In this document: piece by piece, positions 26,872 through 37,043 of the stretch | Numbering within the stretch: the stretch's first letter is position 1 | How the letters are laid out: the number at the start of each line of letters is the position of its first letter | IMG/VR virus record: IMGVR_UViG_3300043446_003158 | Location: 96,001-160,000 of that record | Origin: a virus | DNA: 64,000 bases | Direction: 5' to 3' (one strand) | Program-made: the position numbers and the translations under genes | Notes under the pieces: model-generated | What the model was told of the DNA's origin: nothing | The model's input: the letters and a program-made list of their open reading frames with translations, nothing else | The model's database searches: none

Positions 26872-27909
26872 TTACTCTACTTCGCAAGCTTGCTGGTATA
26901 AATCTTGAAAAATTTCTTTAATAATTGTTTTATCAAATTGAAATTCAGATTCATCAATATACCGATTAAGAATTGAAATTGTACTTTCTTCTTCTTCAAT
27001 TTGAAAATCTTCATTTTCTATAATATCAAAGTTTTCTACAATTTTAAGTTCTTGAACTTTTGCAGAATAAAGTTTATCAATAAATTTTTCAAAATCTTTT
27101 GGTTTAGATTTTTTACGAACAATCACTTTAACAATTTTATCTTCATACTCCGTAGCATCAAATAATTGATAAGGAGTATCTTCATAATAAATGTTATAAA
27201 ATAATTTATAAGGATTGTTAATTGGAGTATGAGTAAGGGTTTCCGTATCAAAAATATGAAATCCTCGCGTATCGTTTACATCCGTCCAATACATTTCATA
27301 AGGATTACCGAGATAGAAGATACTTCCATTATCAGAACGAGTGTGGTAATGACCAGAAAATACCTTTTTGAACTTTGAAAAAATAGTCGAGTCCAGTCCA
27401 TGATCCTCCATAACAAGATTGCGATTTACCCGAAAACCTTGAAACTCAAGGTGTCCCATAGCAATTTTTGCTCTTGTTTTTTCAATATGATTTAAAGTTT
27501 CGTCATAGTTTTCACTACAAATCCAGGGAACCATCATGATGTTTAGACCACCAACATTAATGGTTTGAGGAGAACTATAAGTTTTAATATTTGGATAAGT
27601 TTGAAGAAGCAAACTTGGAGAATTGACAGTATTCGTATTTTTATAGTAACAATCATGATTACCAATAATCATGTGAACCTCATAGTTCCGCAGAGGTTCA
27701 AATACAACTCTCTTTGCCCATTCAAGACTTTGGTAATCAATTGATTTGCGACTATCAAAAGCATCACCCATATGAATGACTGCTTCTACCCCGTGTTCTT
27801 TTAAAGCAGGGAAAAATACATTCTTATAAAAGAGTTCAAAATAATCGTGGAGATATTTTGACCCTTTACGAGCACCATAATGGGTATCTGTAATGATGGC
27901 AACCTTCAT
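26872..27909 (-). CDS. gp47: Recombination endonuclease nuclease subunit (Mre11-like)
   Basis: ITDTHYG, MGDAFD, IGNHD, GHLE, FSGHYH. Confidence 0.96.
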   Translation of the reverse strand: MKVAIITDTHYGARKGSKYLHDYFELFYKNVFFPALKEHGVEAVIHMGDAFDSRKSIDYQSLEWAKRVVFEPLRNYEVHMIIGNHDCYYKNTNTVNSPSLLLQTYPNIKTYSSPQTINVGGLNIMMVPWICSENYDETLNHIEKTRAKIAMGHLEFQGFRVNRNLVMEDHGLDSTIFSKFKKVFSGHYHTRSDNGSIFYLGNPYEMYWTDVNDTRGFHIFDTETLTHTPINNPYKLFYNIYYEDTPYQLFDATEYEDKIVKVIVRKKSKPKDFEKFIDKLYSAKVQELKIVENFDIIENEDFQIEEEESTISILNRYIDESEFQFDKTIIKEIFQDLYQQACEVE

Positions 27910-28379
27910 CGGGTTTTATATTGGATGTTGTCTTTGATGGTATTATAGTCACTGCTGGTACCAAAAAGCAAGCCCTCATCCACCATCATCACTTCATCAA
28001 AACCACTTCTCTCAATAATTTTAGATTTTATTTCTAATTGCTTCTTTTCTTTTTGAATTCTTCTCAAAAAAGCATAATGAATGATTTGGGTAAAGTAGGC
28101 AAATGGATTACTACTTTTATTTGGATCAAAATTATGAATATACTGAATACAATTTTCTACGCCATCCGAAATCATATCCTCACGAAACATATAATTCACA
28201 AAATTTGGTTTATATGATAAGTGGGTTGCAATTTTCAAAAAGCAATCTCCCAAATAATTTGATATTTGAGGTTTTGCCATTCCATTTTCTTTGGACTTAA
28301 TATATTTTTGACGATAAACAATAAGTTCTTCTAATAATTGCTTATTATTTACATAATGCTCTGATTTCTTTTTGGACAT
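27906..28379 (-). CDS. gp55: Late transcription sigma factor
   Basis: HYVNNK..IATHLSYKPNFVNYMFREDMISDGVENC..NPFAYFTQII..AFLRRIQKEK. Confidence 0.96.
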   Translation of the reverse strand: MSKKKSEHYVNNKQLLEELIVYRQKYIKSKENGMAKPQISNYLGDCFLKIATHLSYKPNFVNYMFREDMISDGVENCIQYIHNFDPNKSSNPFAYFTQIIHYAFLRRIQKEKKQLEIKSKIIERSGFDEVMMVDEGLLFGTSSDYNTIKDNIQYKTR

Positions 28380-28414
28380 AACATTGCTTTTTTAAATTAA
28401 AAATATTAATTACT

Positions 28415-28443
28415 ATTATATCATCATTTTTAAATATTTTAAA
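28415..28443 (-). promoter_or_regulatory. Sigma70-type promoter for gp55
   Basis: TTTAAA, 17 bp, TGn-TATAAT (28420-28415). Confidence 0.6.
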
Positions 28444-28446
28444 CTC

Positions 28447-28475
28447 TTGACAAATCTCTTGAAAATGAGTAGAAT
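28447..28475 (+). promoter_or_regulatory. Near-consensus sigma70 promoter on the antisense strand
   Basis: TTGACA (28447-28452), 17 bp, TAGAAT (28470-28475) in an intergenic gap. Confidence 0.7.
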
Positions 28476-28501
28476 GCCTTTGTTAGGTTTGAAGATGAGA
28501 T

Positions 28502-28921
28502 CTAGCTTTCTTTATGATCTTTATTATTTTTAAATATATTTTCTAGTTTTTTACGAGCTTCTTCTACTGACGAAAGATATCCCATTCTGTCGGATAGTTT
28601 AACTTTACCACTTTGAGTGGTTACTGGCATTTCTTCATCATCACTTTCAATATAATTATTATAACAATTTATTACTAGTTGATTATTAACTTCTGTCATA
28701 GTAATAATTTTATCTAATCTAATAATAAAAAAATCATCAGATGGTATTTCCATCCATGGTTTTATTTTTATCATTTGACCAGAATGATTTGTAATAACTT
28801 TAATTACAACTGGATTTTGCAACACTACAATAGGATCTCCATCATTTTCATCAATTGATACTAATGAAAATATTTCTTCTCCACTAACTAATTTAATGCT
28901 GCTATAGAACTCTTCTCCCAT
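28502..28921 (-). CDS. Conserved hypothetical protein, Sm-like beta pattern
   Basis: IKLVSGEEI..GDP..LQNP..KPWM..DKIIT; coupled to uvsW. Confidence 0.75.
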   Translation of the reverse strand: MGEEFYSSIKLVSGEEIFSLVSIDENDGDPIVVLQNPVVIKVITNHSGQMIKIKPWMEIPSDDFFIIRLDKIITMTEVNNQLVINCYNNYIESDDEEMPVTTQSGKVKLSDRMGYLSSVEEARKKLENIFKNNKDHKES

Positions 28922-30384
28922 TAGTTTTTAATCGGTATGTTTACAATATCGTAGTTAAAATTTTCTTCGTTATAAACTTTAATTCTTTCTATTAAATGAT
29001 TGAGTGTATAATTTTTTCTTGATTTATAACTGATATCATCAGCAATATCATATAAAGTTGCTTTTGTTTTGTTGTCGCTTTTTCTTAAGACTCTTCCGAT
29101 TGATTGGAGGTTTCTGATTCTTGATTTACTAGGGGAAGCAAAGATAACATTATGTAGATTTCTGATGTTAATACCAGTAGAAAAAGTACCGTAAGAAGCA
29201 ACGATGATTGCATTATTTTCCTTTTCAGTAATTTCTCTGACTTGTTCTCGGTCTTCAGTATCCACACCACCATGAACAAAAAATACATGGCGATTATCTG
29301 TGATGCTACTATTTATGAGTTCGTATAATGGTTGTCCATGACCTTCAACTCTTGAAAAAAGAATTAAAGTATTACCCTTAAGATCAAGAGCAAGATTGCG
29401 AATAAACTTGTTTCTACGTTCATGATTAATAATATATTGAACTTCTTCTTCAAAAGTTTCAAATTTATTTGGTGGGTGTTTCAATAGAAGAATATTAATA
29501 TCTAACTTTGCAACGTGACCTTTCTGCATCAACTCATCAGTACGAATAATTTTATAAGAAGGTCCAAATAATCCTTCTAAAACCCATTTATGAGTTTGAG
29601 ATCCATCAAGAGTTCCAGTAAAACCGTAACGATATTTTGCATCAGAAAGTTTTGTCATTATAGATACTAATGACTTTGATTTAAACTGGTGTGCTTCATC
29701 TCCAACAACCACATTAAATCTTGAAAAGTATTGACGGGGAAGTTTGTAGATAGACTGCCAGGTTGTAATGATGACCTGTGAGTCTGTTTCTCTTTCTTTA
29801 CCCGCATATATCTTGTGGCAAAATGAACCAACATCCCACCCATAATCTGCAAAATCTTTATACATCTGCTCTACAAGGGATGTCGTTGGAACGACTATCA
29901 ACGTATTTTGCCCTTTCTCAACGTAATATCTCACAATTGAGTATATCATCAGAGACTTTCCAGAAGCAGTTGGAGATATCAACAACTTTCTATTATGTCT
30001 TAAAGCGTCGTATACTCCCTCAACTTGGTACTCGCGGGGAGAATACTTGCAGATAGAATTCATGTAATCTTTGACACCTTCCTTTGAAATCATGTCATTA
30101 ATTTCAAAAGGAAGACCATAGAATTTATTGTTTATAAATTCATAAGTATAATTATGATTTTCACAAAATCTTATCAGTTTATCTAATAACCCAACATATA
30201 TTTCTCCAGTTTGGGTATTAAATAAACGAATTTTTCCATCCCAGTATTTGTTGCGAAACTGGGGCATAAACTTTGCGCCTGGTACATCAAAGGTAAACTG
30301 ATCTTGAAGTTCGTAATAAACGTGAGGTTCTGCCTTTACCTGAAGATATACTTCATTCTTTTTTGAGATAATCAAATGAGTCAT
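28921..30384 (-). CDS. uvsW: UvsW SF2 helicase
   Basis: SPTASGKS, VVGDEAH, GFTGT, STGINI, QSIGRVLR; AATAAATA at 30408-30415. Confidence 0.96.
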   Translation of the reverse strand: MTHLIISKKNEVYLQVKAEPHVYYELQDQFTFDVPGAKFMPQFRNKYWDGKIRLFNTQTGEIYVGLLDKLIRFCENHNYTYEFINNKFYGLPFEINDMISKEGVKDYMNSICKYSPREYQVEGVYDALRHNRKLLISPTASGKSLMIYSIVRYYVEKGQNTLIVVPTTSLVEQMYKDFADYGWDVGSFCHKIYAGKERETDSQVIITTWQSIYKLPRQYFSRFNVVVGDEAHQFKSKSLVSIMTKLSDAKYRYGFTGTLDGSQTHKWVLEGLFGPSYKIIRTDELMQKGHVAKLDINILLLKHPPNKFETFEEEVQYIINHERRNKFIRNLALDLKGNTLILFSRVEGHGQPLYELINSSITDNRHVFFVHGGVDTEDREQVREITEKENNAIIVASYGTFSTGINIRNLHNVIFASPSKSRIRNLQSIGRVLRKSDNKTKATLYDIADDISYKSRKNYTLNHLIERIKVYNEENFNYDIVNIPIKN

Positions 30385-30418
30385 ATACCCATAATATTAC
30401 TTATGAGTATTTATTTGC

Positions 30419-30850
30419 TTAATTAAAACCTGCTTGGAACCTGTGCCATTCAATTGCGTTCTTGATTTGGAAAGTTCTATTTGAAATTGTTTTTATAATT
30501 TCTTCAAGAAACTTAAGCATAATATCATAATATCTAATTTTAAGATCTATTTTATTTAATCTTTCGTCGGCATCCATATGCCTCTGTAATGCTTCTTTTT
30601 CTCTAACCTTATATGGGAAAGGATCTTCCACGTAAACCTCTGCTGGTGCCTTTCCTGTGTAGTAATTGTAGCGTTCTAAACGGACTTTATTATAAGTTTC
30701 TCTTGCTTTTTCTCTCAAAAGAGTTATTGTATTATAAACTGTATAATATTTTGAATGTAGTTGGGGAATTTTTAAAGATTCGTCGTGTAAATTATCAGGA
30801 TCAATTACAGAATCTTTTTCCCACATTTCCTGAATTTGTTCAAGATTCAT
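30419..30850 (-). CDS. uvsY: UvsY recombination mediator
   Basis: DSVID..LHDESLKIPQLHSKY..RTFQIKNAIEW. Confidence 0.92.
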   Translation of the reverse strand: MNLEQIQEMWEKDSVIDPDNLHDESLKIPQLHSKYYTVYNTITLLREKARETYNKVRLERYNYYTGKAPAEVYVEDPFPYKVREKEALQRHMDADERLNKIDLKIRYYDIMLKFLEEIIKTISNRTFQIKNAIEWHRFQAGFN

Positions 30851-31395
30851 AATAGTTTATTATCTTTATCAAATATATTGTACATAGTATACTTGAAAGT
30901 TGCTTCTGCTGTAAAGTAATTAATATCATTATCAGTTGCCTCAAATTCTAACGAAGTTAAAGAAACTGGATATAAACCTCTAAAAACAACATTTGCAGTT
31001 GTTCTATAGTTGCTGTTTAGTATCTGTAAAGTTCCATTACTAAATTGTAATTTTGGATCTTCCATTCCATTTTCATCTGTGATTAATTTTTTAAATTGTT
31101 CATGATTTTCTGGAAATCCTAATCCAGTTATCCAATTATGAATCGCCATATAATTGGACATATCTTCATCAACAAGAAATCTTAAATAAAAATCACCATA
31201 TTCAATTTGATCACCTGGAATATCAATAGATTTAAAATAATTACTTTGTACTGCTGTATTTAATGTAATATCTGGAATTCTGCAACCATTAGAGAAAAAA
31301 GAAACTTTTTGATATTTTTGTAGAGTAAATTTAAATCCTACTGGTGATAAAAAGTTTCTATTTTGTATCTGATTACTAAAAACAGTATTCGCCAT
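30847..31395 (-). CDS. gp3: Tail completion / sheath stabiliser
   Basis: NRNFLSPVGFKF..IPG..FLVDE..WI..FxGLYP..TFKY; follows gp23. Confidence 0.88.
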   Translation of the reverse strand: MANTVFSNQIQNRNFLSPVGFKFTLQKYQKVSFFSNGCRIPDITLNTAVQSNYFKSIDIPGDQIEYGDFYLRFLVDEDMSNYMAIHNWITGLGFPENHEQFKKLITDENGMEDPKLQFSNGTLQILNSNYRTTANVVFRGLYPVSLTSLEFEATDNDINYFTAEATFKYTMYNIFDKDNKLL

Positions 31396-31404
31396 TTTTA
31401 TTTT

Positions 31405-31439
31405 TATTTAGATAAAAAAAGAGGGTCCGAAGACCCTCT
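31405..31439 (-). terminator. gp23 terminator (UUCG loop) followed by CTAAATA late promoter
   Basis: AGAGGGTC-TTCG-GACCCTCT-TTTTTT; CTAAATA at 31411-31405. Confidence 0.85.
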
Positions 31440-31458
31440 GGAAATATGTGGCAATTGC

Positions 31459-32898
31459 TCACATGAGGTTGAGAACCTGTACTCTTCTGTAGTAGCGGTT
31501 GCTATTAACAGTAAGTCTACCAAGACCCTGGGTTGTTCCTTCAGCAAATGGGTTAGCAACAAGACCGTAACGGGTTTTAAAGCCAATCTTGGGCTGGAAG
31601 GTGTTCTCACCAACGGCACGAACCATTTGGAGAGGAACATATGGGCAATAGAAGAGACCAGCGTCATAAGGTGAAGAACCCTTATAACCAACAACGTAAT
31701 ACTGACCACCAGAAGCACCTGGGTTTGAACCACCCGAATATGGGTCAATATATACGCGATACTTACCTTGGAGAACACCAGCGAAGGTGTTGCCAGTGTC
31801 ATCAACCTGAAGGTTAGCGTTAAGAGCTGGGGTGTAATCAAGAACGCCTGCCATGGTGAGTGCCGAAGCAACGTCAGCAGAGCAAAGGATCATGTTACCC
31901 TTTCCTCTACGAGTCTCAACTGCGATTGCGTTAGCATCACGCTCGATTTGGAAGATAAGACCCTTAAACTTCTCAACAGACCAACGACCGTTTGAGTCAA
32001 CATCGAGGTCAAACTTACCAGCAGTTGCAACGTTGTGCTGAGCACCAGACTTAGCAACCTTATAGATGGTACGAATAACTTCGCGGTTGATTTCAGCAAG
32101 AATTTCGCTAGAAAGAATATTAGCGAGTTCTGCTTCTGCATTTAGACCGTGGATTGCCTTCAGGTCTTGAGCAAGCTCAAGGCTGTATTCAGCTTTCAGA
32201 GCACGTGATTTTGCAGTAACAGTGATCTTCTCGATTGAGAAGCCCATCTGATTGAACTGGGCACCACCGCTTTCACCGAGTGATTCTGCATCTTCGGTGT
32301 CCATACCACGCCCAAGTGTATAAGCAGCTTGGGTAGTATTGCTATCTGGGCTTAAGAGACCAGGATTGGTTCCACCATGTGCAGCAGTTGTACCAAAACC
32401 AACAGAAGAACCATCGGAGTTTGCTACATATGGATTTCCAAGACCAGCTTCTGTACGAGTGCTTCCCTGAGCAGAGAAAGCAGTATCAGGCTCGTTGAAG
32501 AATGCTTCATCATTAGCAACGGCAGGACCGTTGTATCTTGAACGCATTGCAAAGATAAGTCCAGTGGGACCGTTCATTGGTTGAACGCCAGCAAGGTCAT
32601 AAGCGACCAAGTTAGGCATTGAACGGCGGATAAGGCTGATTAAAACAGGATCGAAACCTGCAACAGGACCTGCTGCAGTTGCATTAGCACTGAAACCAGC
32701 AGTTGCACCAGATGAACCAGTGTTCATGGTTGGTGATTCGGAAAGGAACTCACGCTCTTCGCGGAGTGCTTTCTCTTGGTTTTCTAGCAGGATGGCAGTT
32801 ACGGCTCTTCTGTGCGAATCTTTGATCGAATCCATTCCTTGATAATCAAGGATGGGAGCCCACTTCTCCTGCAGGTATTCGGAATTGAACCCTTGCAT
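31459..32898 (-). CDS. gp23: Major capsid protein
   Basis: FDPVLISLIRRSMPNL, GVQPMNGPTGLIFAMRSRY, AKSRALKAEYSLELAQDLKAIHGL, FQPKIGFKTRYG. Confidence 0.99.
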   Translation of the reverse strand: MQGFNSEYLQEKWAPILDYQGMDSIKDSHRRAVTAILLENQEKALREEREFLSESPTMNTGSSGATAGFSANATAAGPVAGFDPVLISLIRRSMPNLVAYDLAGVQPMNGPTGLIFAMRSRYNGPAVANDEAFFNEPDTAFSAQGSTRTEAGLGNPYVANSDGSSVGFGTTAAHGGTNPGLLSPDSNTTQAAYTLGRGMDTEDAESLGESGGAQFNQMGFSIEKITVTAKSRALKAEYSLELAQDLKAIHGLNAEAELANILSSEILAEINREVIRTIYKVAKSGAQHNVATAGKFDLDVDSNGRWSVEKFKGLIFQIERDANAIAVETRRGKGNMILCSADVASALTMAGVLDYTPALNANLQVDDTGNTFAGVLQGKYRVYIDPYSGGSNPGASGGQYYVVGYKGSSPYDAGLFYCPYVPLQMVRAVGENTFQPKIGFKTRYGLVANPFAEGTTQGLGRLTVNSNRYYRRVQVLNLM

Positions 32899-32949
32899 TT
32901 GTGTTACCTCTTTTTAAAATTGTTAGTTTGAATTTTTATAATTTAAAAA

Positions 32950-34176
32950 TCACTTTTTGGCAACTCTGCCAAGAGTCTGAAGATATGCTTCCATAATTCC
33001 ACCTACTTGAGGTTGAATATTTTGCACATCTGTACTTTCAGACAAGTTCTCAGAGTCATCTCTTTGAGCACTAGCGATTCTTGAAGGGAAATAAGATTCT
33101 CTTAAAGTAACTAGTTTCTCACGATAGTTTTCTTCACTTTCAAACTCAACATTTTCAGCAAGAGAAGCGAGTTTATCTTTCTGAGAAAGTGCTAGACCCT
33201 CAGATACTTCTGCAAAAATTACATCAGCAACTGACTCTGCTAATCTTTTCTTTAGAGCAACGTTTCTTTCGATTTGCTCGTTGAGTTTCGTCTCCATTTC
33301 ATCAAGTTTATCTACCATACTCTCGATTACATCATATCTATCTTCAGGGATTGTTACATAATGATCTTCAAAAAGACCCTTCATTCCTTGAAGGAATGAT
33401 TCGGTCATTTCAGTCTTAAGACCGTGCTCGACTGCAAGTGCATTCTCTTGAATCCACTCGTCGGCAACATACTCAAGGTATGCATCAACACGATCTGTAA
33501 GTTCTTCTTTAATTAGTTGAACTTCTTCAACTAGTGCATCTTCATACGATGCACGTAATTCTTCTTTAATTTCTGAAACTTTTGATCTAATCGCAGCTTC
33601 AAAAATAACACGTGCCTTTTCTTGGAATTCTTCTGAAAGATCTTCACCTTCCAAAAGTGCTTTGACATCTTCTTCGATGTCAATTTCTTCTTCCTCTTCC
33701 TCTTCTTCTACATCCTCACCTTCTTCTTCAACCTCTTCCTTCATTTCATCTTCATCATTTTTCTCATCATTTTTTTCTTTCTTTTCTTTCTTCTTAGATG
33801 ATTTGCCATTATTAGTATTATCATCTGATTCAGCATCATCTTCTTCAGTTTCTTCTTCTGAAATTAACTCTTCTTCAGTTTCAGTCTCTTCACCATAACT
33901 GGCTTTTTTACCAACAATTGCCGCTGGCATAGGGTCGGCACCTTTTGCACCTTTGTTAACCACATTTTTAACCTGAGCTAAAGGAGATGATGCATCCTTT
34001 AGTTTTGCTGAATCGTCGTCTGAACGATAATTTTCTGGAGTAGGACCACCTAAATCTTCCCAACTACCTGTTTGACCATCGGGAATACCCTTGGTTAACT
34101 TAGGCATTGGTTCAGCAGGTTTTGCTCCTTTGGTTACTACGTTTTCCATTTCTTGTAAATTTCTACCAACGGACAT
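32950..34176 (-). CDS. gp22: Prohead core scaffold protein
   Basis: LSEEFQEKARVIFEAA, VDAYLEYVADEW; long Glu/Asp-rich linker; ATAAATA boxes at 34203-34214. Confidence 0.95.
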   Translation of the reverse strand: MSVGRNLQEMENVVTKGAKPAEPMPKLTKGIPDGQTGSWEDLGGPTPENYRSDDDSAKLKDASSPLAQVKNVVNKGAKGADPMPAAIVGKKASYGEETETEEELISEEETEEDDAESDDNTNNGKSSKKKEKKEKNDEKNDEDEMKEEVEEEGEDVEEEEEEEEIDIEEDVKALLEGEDLSEEFQEKARVIFEAAIRSKVSEIKEELRASYEDALVEEVQLIKEELTDRVDAYLEYVADEWIQENALAVEHGLKTEMTESFLQGMKGLFEDHYVTIPEDRYDVIESMVDKLDEMETKLNEQIERNVALKKRLAESVADVIFAEVSEGLALSQKDKLASLAENVEFESEENYREKLVTLRESYFPSRIASAQRDDSENLSESTDVQNIQPQVGGIMEAYLQTLGRVAKK

Positions 34177-34217
34177 TTGTTTAGATTTCTGTATATAATC
34201 TATATTTATTTATTAAT

Positions 34218-34868
34218 TTATAAATTTGACAGAAACTCTTGGAATAAACCAAGTTTATGTTCCTCAAGTCTTTGTTGATCAACTAATGTATTAATTCTAC
34301 GCTTTGTTGATTCTGCAAGTTTTTCACGAAGAATTCCACCATCCCAAACCCATTCTTTACCTTCCATAATTCCCTGAACAAAAGCATCAGGTGCAGAAGG
34401 ATCGGCAACAATATCAGCAGCAGTTGCAAGCATGAAATCTTCACCAACAACTTTATGCCCTTCATTGGTCATTTTTAATGAACCGACACCACGAGAAGAA
34501 ACGCCCAGACAAACACCATCATCAATTAAAGCTTTTGCAATTTTACCCATTGGGGTTTCAAGAAGTTGTGCCTTACCTCTAAAATTTGTTCCTTCTTGAG
34601 TAAGAGAAACAATTTTGTGAGATACACGATCAAGATTCACAGTAGGACCATCTGGGTGACCGAGTTCTCCAAGAGCACGACCTTTTGAAACAAAATTTTC
34701 GGTATATCTTCTTACTTCACGTGAAAGAGTTTCCATAGGATACATTCTTCCATTACGATTGCAAATATCACCCTGAAGGAAAATACCTTCAATATACAGT
34801 TTCTTTTGGGATCCTTTTCCTTCGGTAATAAACTTTACCTTTGATACTTCTTCTGTGATGAGTTTCAT
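34218..34868 (-). CDS. gp21: Prohead protease
   Basis: IEGIFLQ..NRNGRMYP..GELGHP..NLDRVSH..GVSSRGVGS..DIVADPSAPDA. Confidence 0.97.
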   Translation of the reverse strand: MKLITEEVSKVKFITEGKGSQKKLYIEGIFLQGDICNRNGRMYPMETLSREVRRYTENFVSKGRALGELGHPDGPTVNLDRVSHKIVSLTQEGTNFRGKAQLLETPMGKIAKALIDDGVCLGVSSRGVGSLKMTNEGHKVVGEDFMLATAADIVADPSAPDAFVQGIMEGKEWVWDGGILREKLAESTKRRINTLVDQQRLEEHKLGLFQEFLSNL

Positions 34869-34872
34869 TTTT

Positions 34873-35139
34873 TTAATTTGTAAAACCTACTTTTGTTCCT
34901 TTAACTAAAGCACTATCTGCATAAACACAATGATTTGGTGATTTAACAATCTGCTCAACTGTTCCTGCTGGCATAGTCATAGATCCAACGCCAGCACCAG
35001 ATTGAGTTTCTACAACAGTTACAATGTGTGCAGAAGTATCAGTATTTACAAGTCGTACAACTGTGGCTGCAGTAAAACTTGTAGCTGTTCCTGTTGTAGT
35101 TGGTAAATTTATTTCACCTGCTAAAATTTTTGTTGTCAT
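34873..35139 (-). CDS. Small beta-rich hypothetical protein
   Basis: 88 aa between prohead core gene and gp21. Confidence 0.75.
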   Translation of the reverse strand: MTTKILAGEINLPTTTGTATSFTAATVVRLVNTDTSAHIVTVVETQSGAGVGSMTMPAGTVEQIVKSPNHCVYADSALVKGTKVGFTN

Positions 35140-35300
35140 TCTTCTTCCCCTACGCTATTAAATCCAAATAAAGAACTAGCTACCTCTGGACGAATTGAAT
35201 TAATTTTTTCGGCAGATTTTGCAAAAAGAGCATCCTTTATCAAATCTGAAATATCAGAAGCAGAAGAATCAGTGGCAATCAAATCGACAATGTTATCCAT
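35136..35300 (-). CDS. Small acidic prohead core protein (gp67/68 position; not in ORF track)
   Basis: MDNIVDLIATDSSASDISDLIKDALFAKSAEKINSIRPEVASSLFG..; TATAAATA at 35313-35320 and 35325-35332. Confidence 0.75.
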   Translation of the reverse strand: MDNIVDLIATDSSASDISDLIKDALFAKSAEKINSIRPEVASSLFGFNSVGEEE

Positions 35301-35327
35301 AAAAATTTAGTGTATTTATATGATTAT

Positions 35328-37007
35328 TTATATTTGGGTTTTTTTAACGTCTTTTTGGGATTGTGCATTAGTAACCGCACCTTGCTTTTCTGTATCTGGT
35401 TCAGTAGGAACATCTCCTAAAGGACCAATTGGCAAAGGTTCTCCAGTTATTGGATCAATTGAATCTGGATCTGGAATAATTCCATCCTTTATTTCCTTAT
35501 CAATTTGTTTGTCTAGTTCTACAATATCACCATCTGTTTGGCGAAGAATTTTAGATCTTACATACTGAACTGAAAAATATTTGCCAATATATGGTTCCAT
35601 CATTGCAACTAAATTGAGACGTTCTGTCATCAATTCAGTTTCTTTTAATTCCGAAAATTGATTATCATAAACAAAATCAAACTGAATATGATCCGACATT
35701 TTTTCCCAATCTTCTAGGGAAACAATATTTTTTAATATTAATTGTGTCCGTAACATATCGGTAAACATGTTGGCAAATCTTTTACGCAGTCTGCCAACAA
35801 ATTTAGTAAATTTTAATTCATCTCTTAAAATTTCTGATGATCTTCCTAAATTGAAACCACCATCATTTGCAATTCTTGATTCTGGAACACCAAGTGATCT
35901 GTAAAGTTTTTTCTGAAAATATTCAATATCTGCAAGTTCTCCAAGATTTTGACCACCTGGAAGAGTTGTGATTTCTGTTCCTCTACCACCTTCACGGCGA
36001 GGAAGCCAGAAATCCTCAAGCATACTCATGAACTTTCTATCATCACGAATTTCTCCATTATTGGAGTCATACACCATTTTATTTCTATAGCGCATCATCA
36101 CATCACGAAGATATTGTTCTGCCTTTACTTTTGGTAAATTGCCAACATCAATATAAAAAATTCTTCTTTCTGGTGCTCTTGATAGTCTATAGATAACCAA
36201 AGAATCTTCAATCATGCGAAGTTGATTGAGAGATTTAATTGCTTTATGAAGATATGAAAGAACCGTTCCTTTATTTCTGTCAACTAATCCAGAAGTGCAA
36301 TAAGTAACAGAATCTTTAGCAATTTTAACTCCTTTCTGTGCTCCAGAACTGGATACCATTCCAGTTGGATAATTTGGAGAAGGTGTGTATATGAAATATT
36401 CTTCTATCTCTGGAGAATATACATTTCTATCATCACCTCTACCATTCATAGGATTAATCATTTCAGCAGACATAGGGATTCTAGGATCTCCCTTTTTCTT
36501 TTCTTGCCTAACATGACGCATTTTCATAGGATCAACATATCTGATCTCTTTTATACCATCAGATACATTTTTTGGATCTATAACTTTTAGATAATAAAGT
36601 CTTCCATCAACATACCAATTCCTAAAAATTTCATGAGACTTTTTATCAAAATCCATCAATTCTTTAATATATTTAAATTCTTCTCTTATTTTTTCTTTTA
36701 CTTTATCACTTGCGTTTAAATTAGAAAGTTCAATTTCAACAGGCGAATCGTACAAATCACTAACAATTGCTTCATTTACTACATCTTCAATAGCGGCATC
36801 ACACTCTGGGTGTAATGCCATTTCTCTATATCTTCGTATTAAATCGTTTTCAGTTCTAAAAACACCTTCAATATCTAAATATTGACCATAAAAACCACTT
36901 GCAATATAATTATCAACCCCGTCCTCATTATTTTGAGGGACGGGGGAGACAATTTTAGATTTTTTATTATCAGGATCTTCAATAGAAAAACCAAAAAGTC
37001 TTGGCAT
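35328..37007 (-). CDS. gp20: Portal vertex protein
   Basis: WYVDGRLYY, IYRLSRAPERRIFYIDVGNLPK, EDFWLPRREGGRGTEITTLPGG. Confidence 0.99.
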   Translation of the reverse strand: MPRLFGFSIEDPDNKKSKIVSPVPQNNEDGVDNYIASGFYGQYLDIEGVFRTENDLIRRYREMALHPECDAAIEDVVNEAIVSDLYDSPVEIELSNLNASDKVKEKIREEFKYIKELMDFDKKSHEIFRNWYVDGRLYYLKVIDPKNVSDGIKEIRYVDPMKMRHVRQEKKKGDPRIPMSAEMINPMNGRGDDRNVYSPEIEEYFIYTPSPNYPTGMVSSSGAQKGVKIAKDSVTYCTSGLVDRNKGTVLSYLHKAIKSLNQLRMIEDSLVIYRLSRAPERRIFYIDVGNLPKVKAEQYLRDVMMRYRNKMVYDSNNGEIRDDRKFMSMLEDFWLPRREGGRGTEITTLPGGQNLGELADIEYFQKKLYRSLGVPESRIANDGGFNLGRSSEILRDELKFTKFVGRLRKRFANMFTDMLRTQLILKNIVSLEDWEKMSDHIQFDFVYDNQFSELKETELMTERLNLVAMMEPYIGKYFSVQYVRSKILRQTDGDIVELDKQIDKEIKDGIIPDPDSIDPITGEPLPIGPLGDVPTEPDTEKQGAVTNAQSQKDVKKTQI

Positions 37008-37043
37008 CGTATAAAATTAAAATAAATTTGTTATATCTATTTA

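Noticed and set aside
33662-33898. Poly-Ser plus-strand ORF
   Set aside because: Reverse complement of the Glu/Asp-rich linker of gp22
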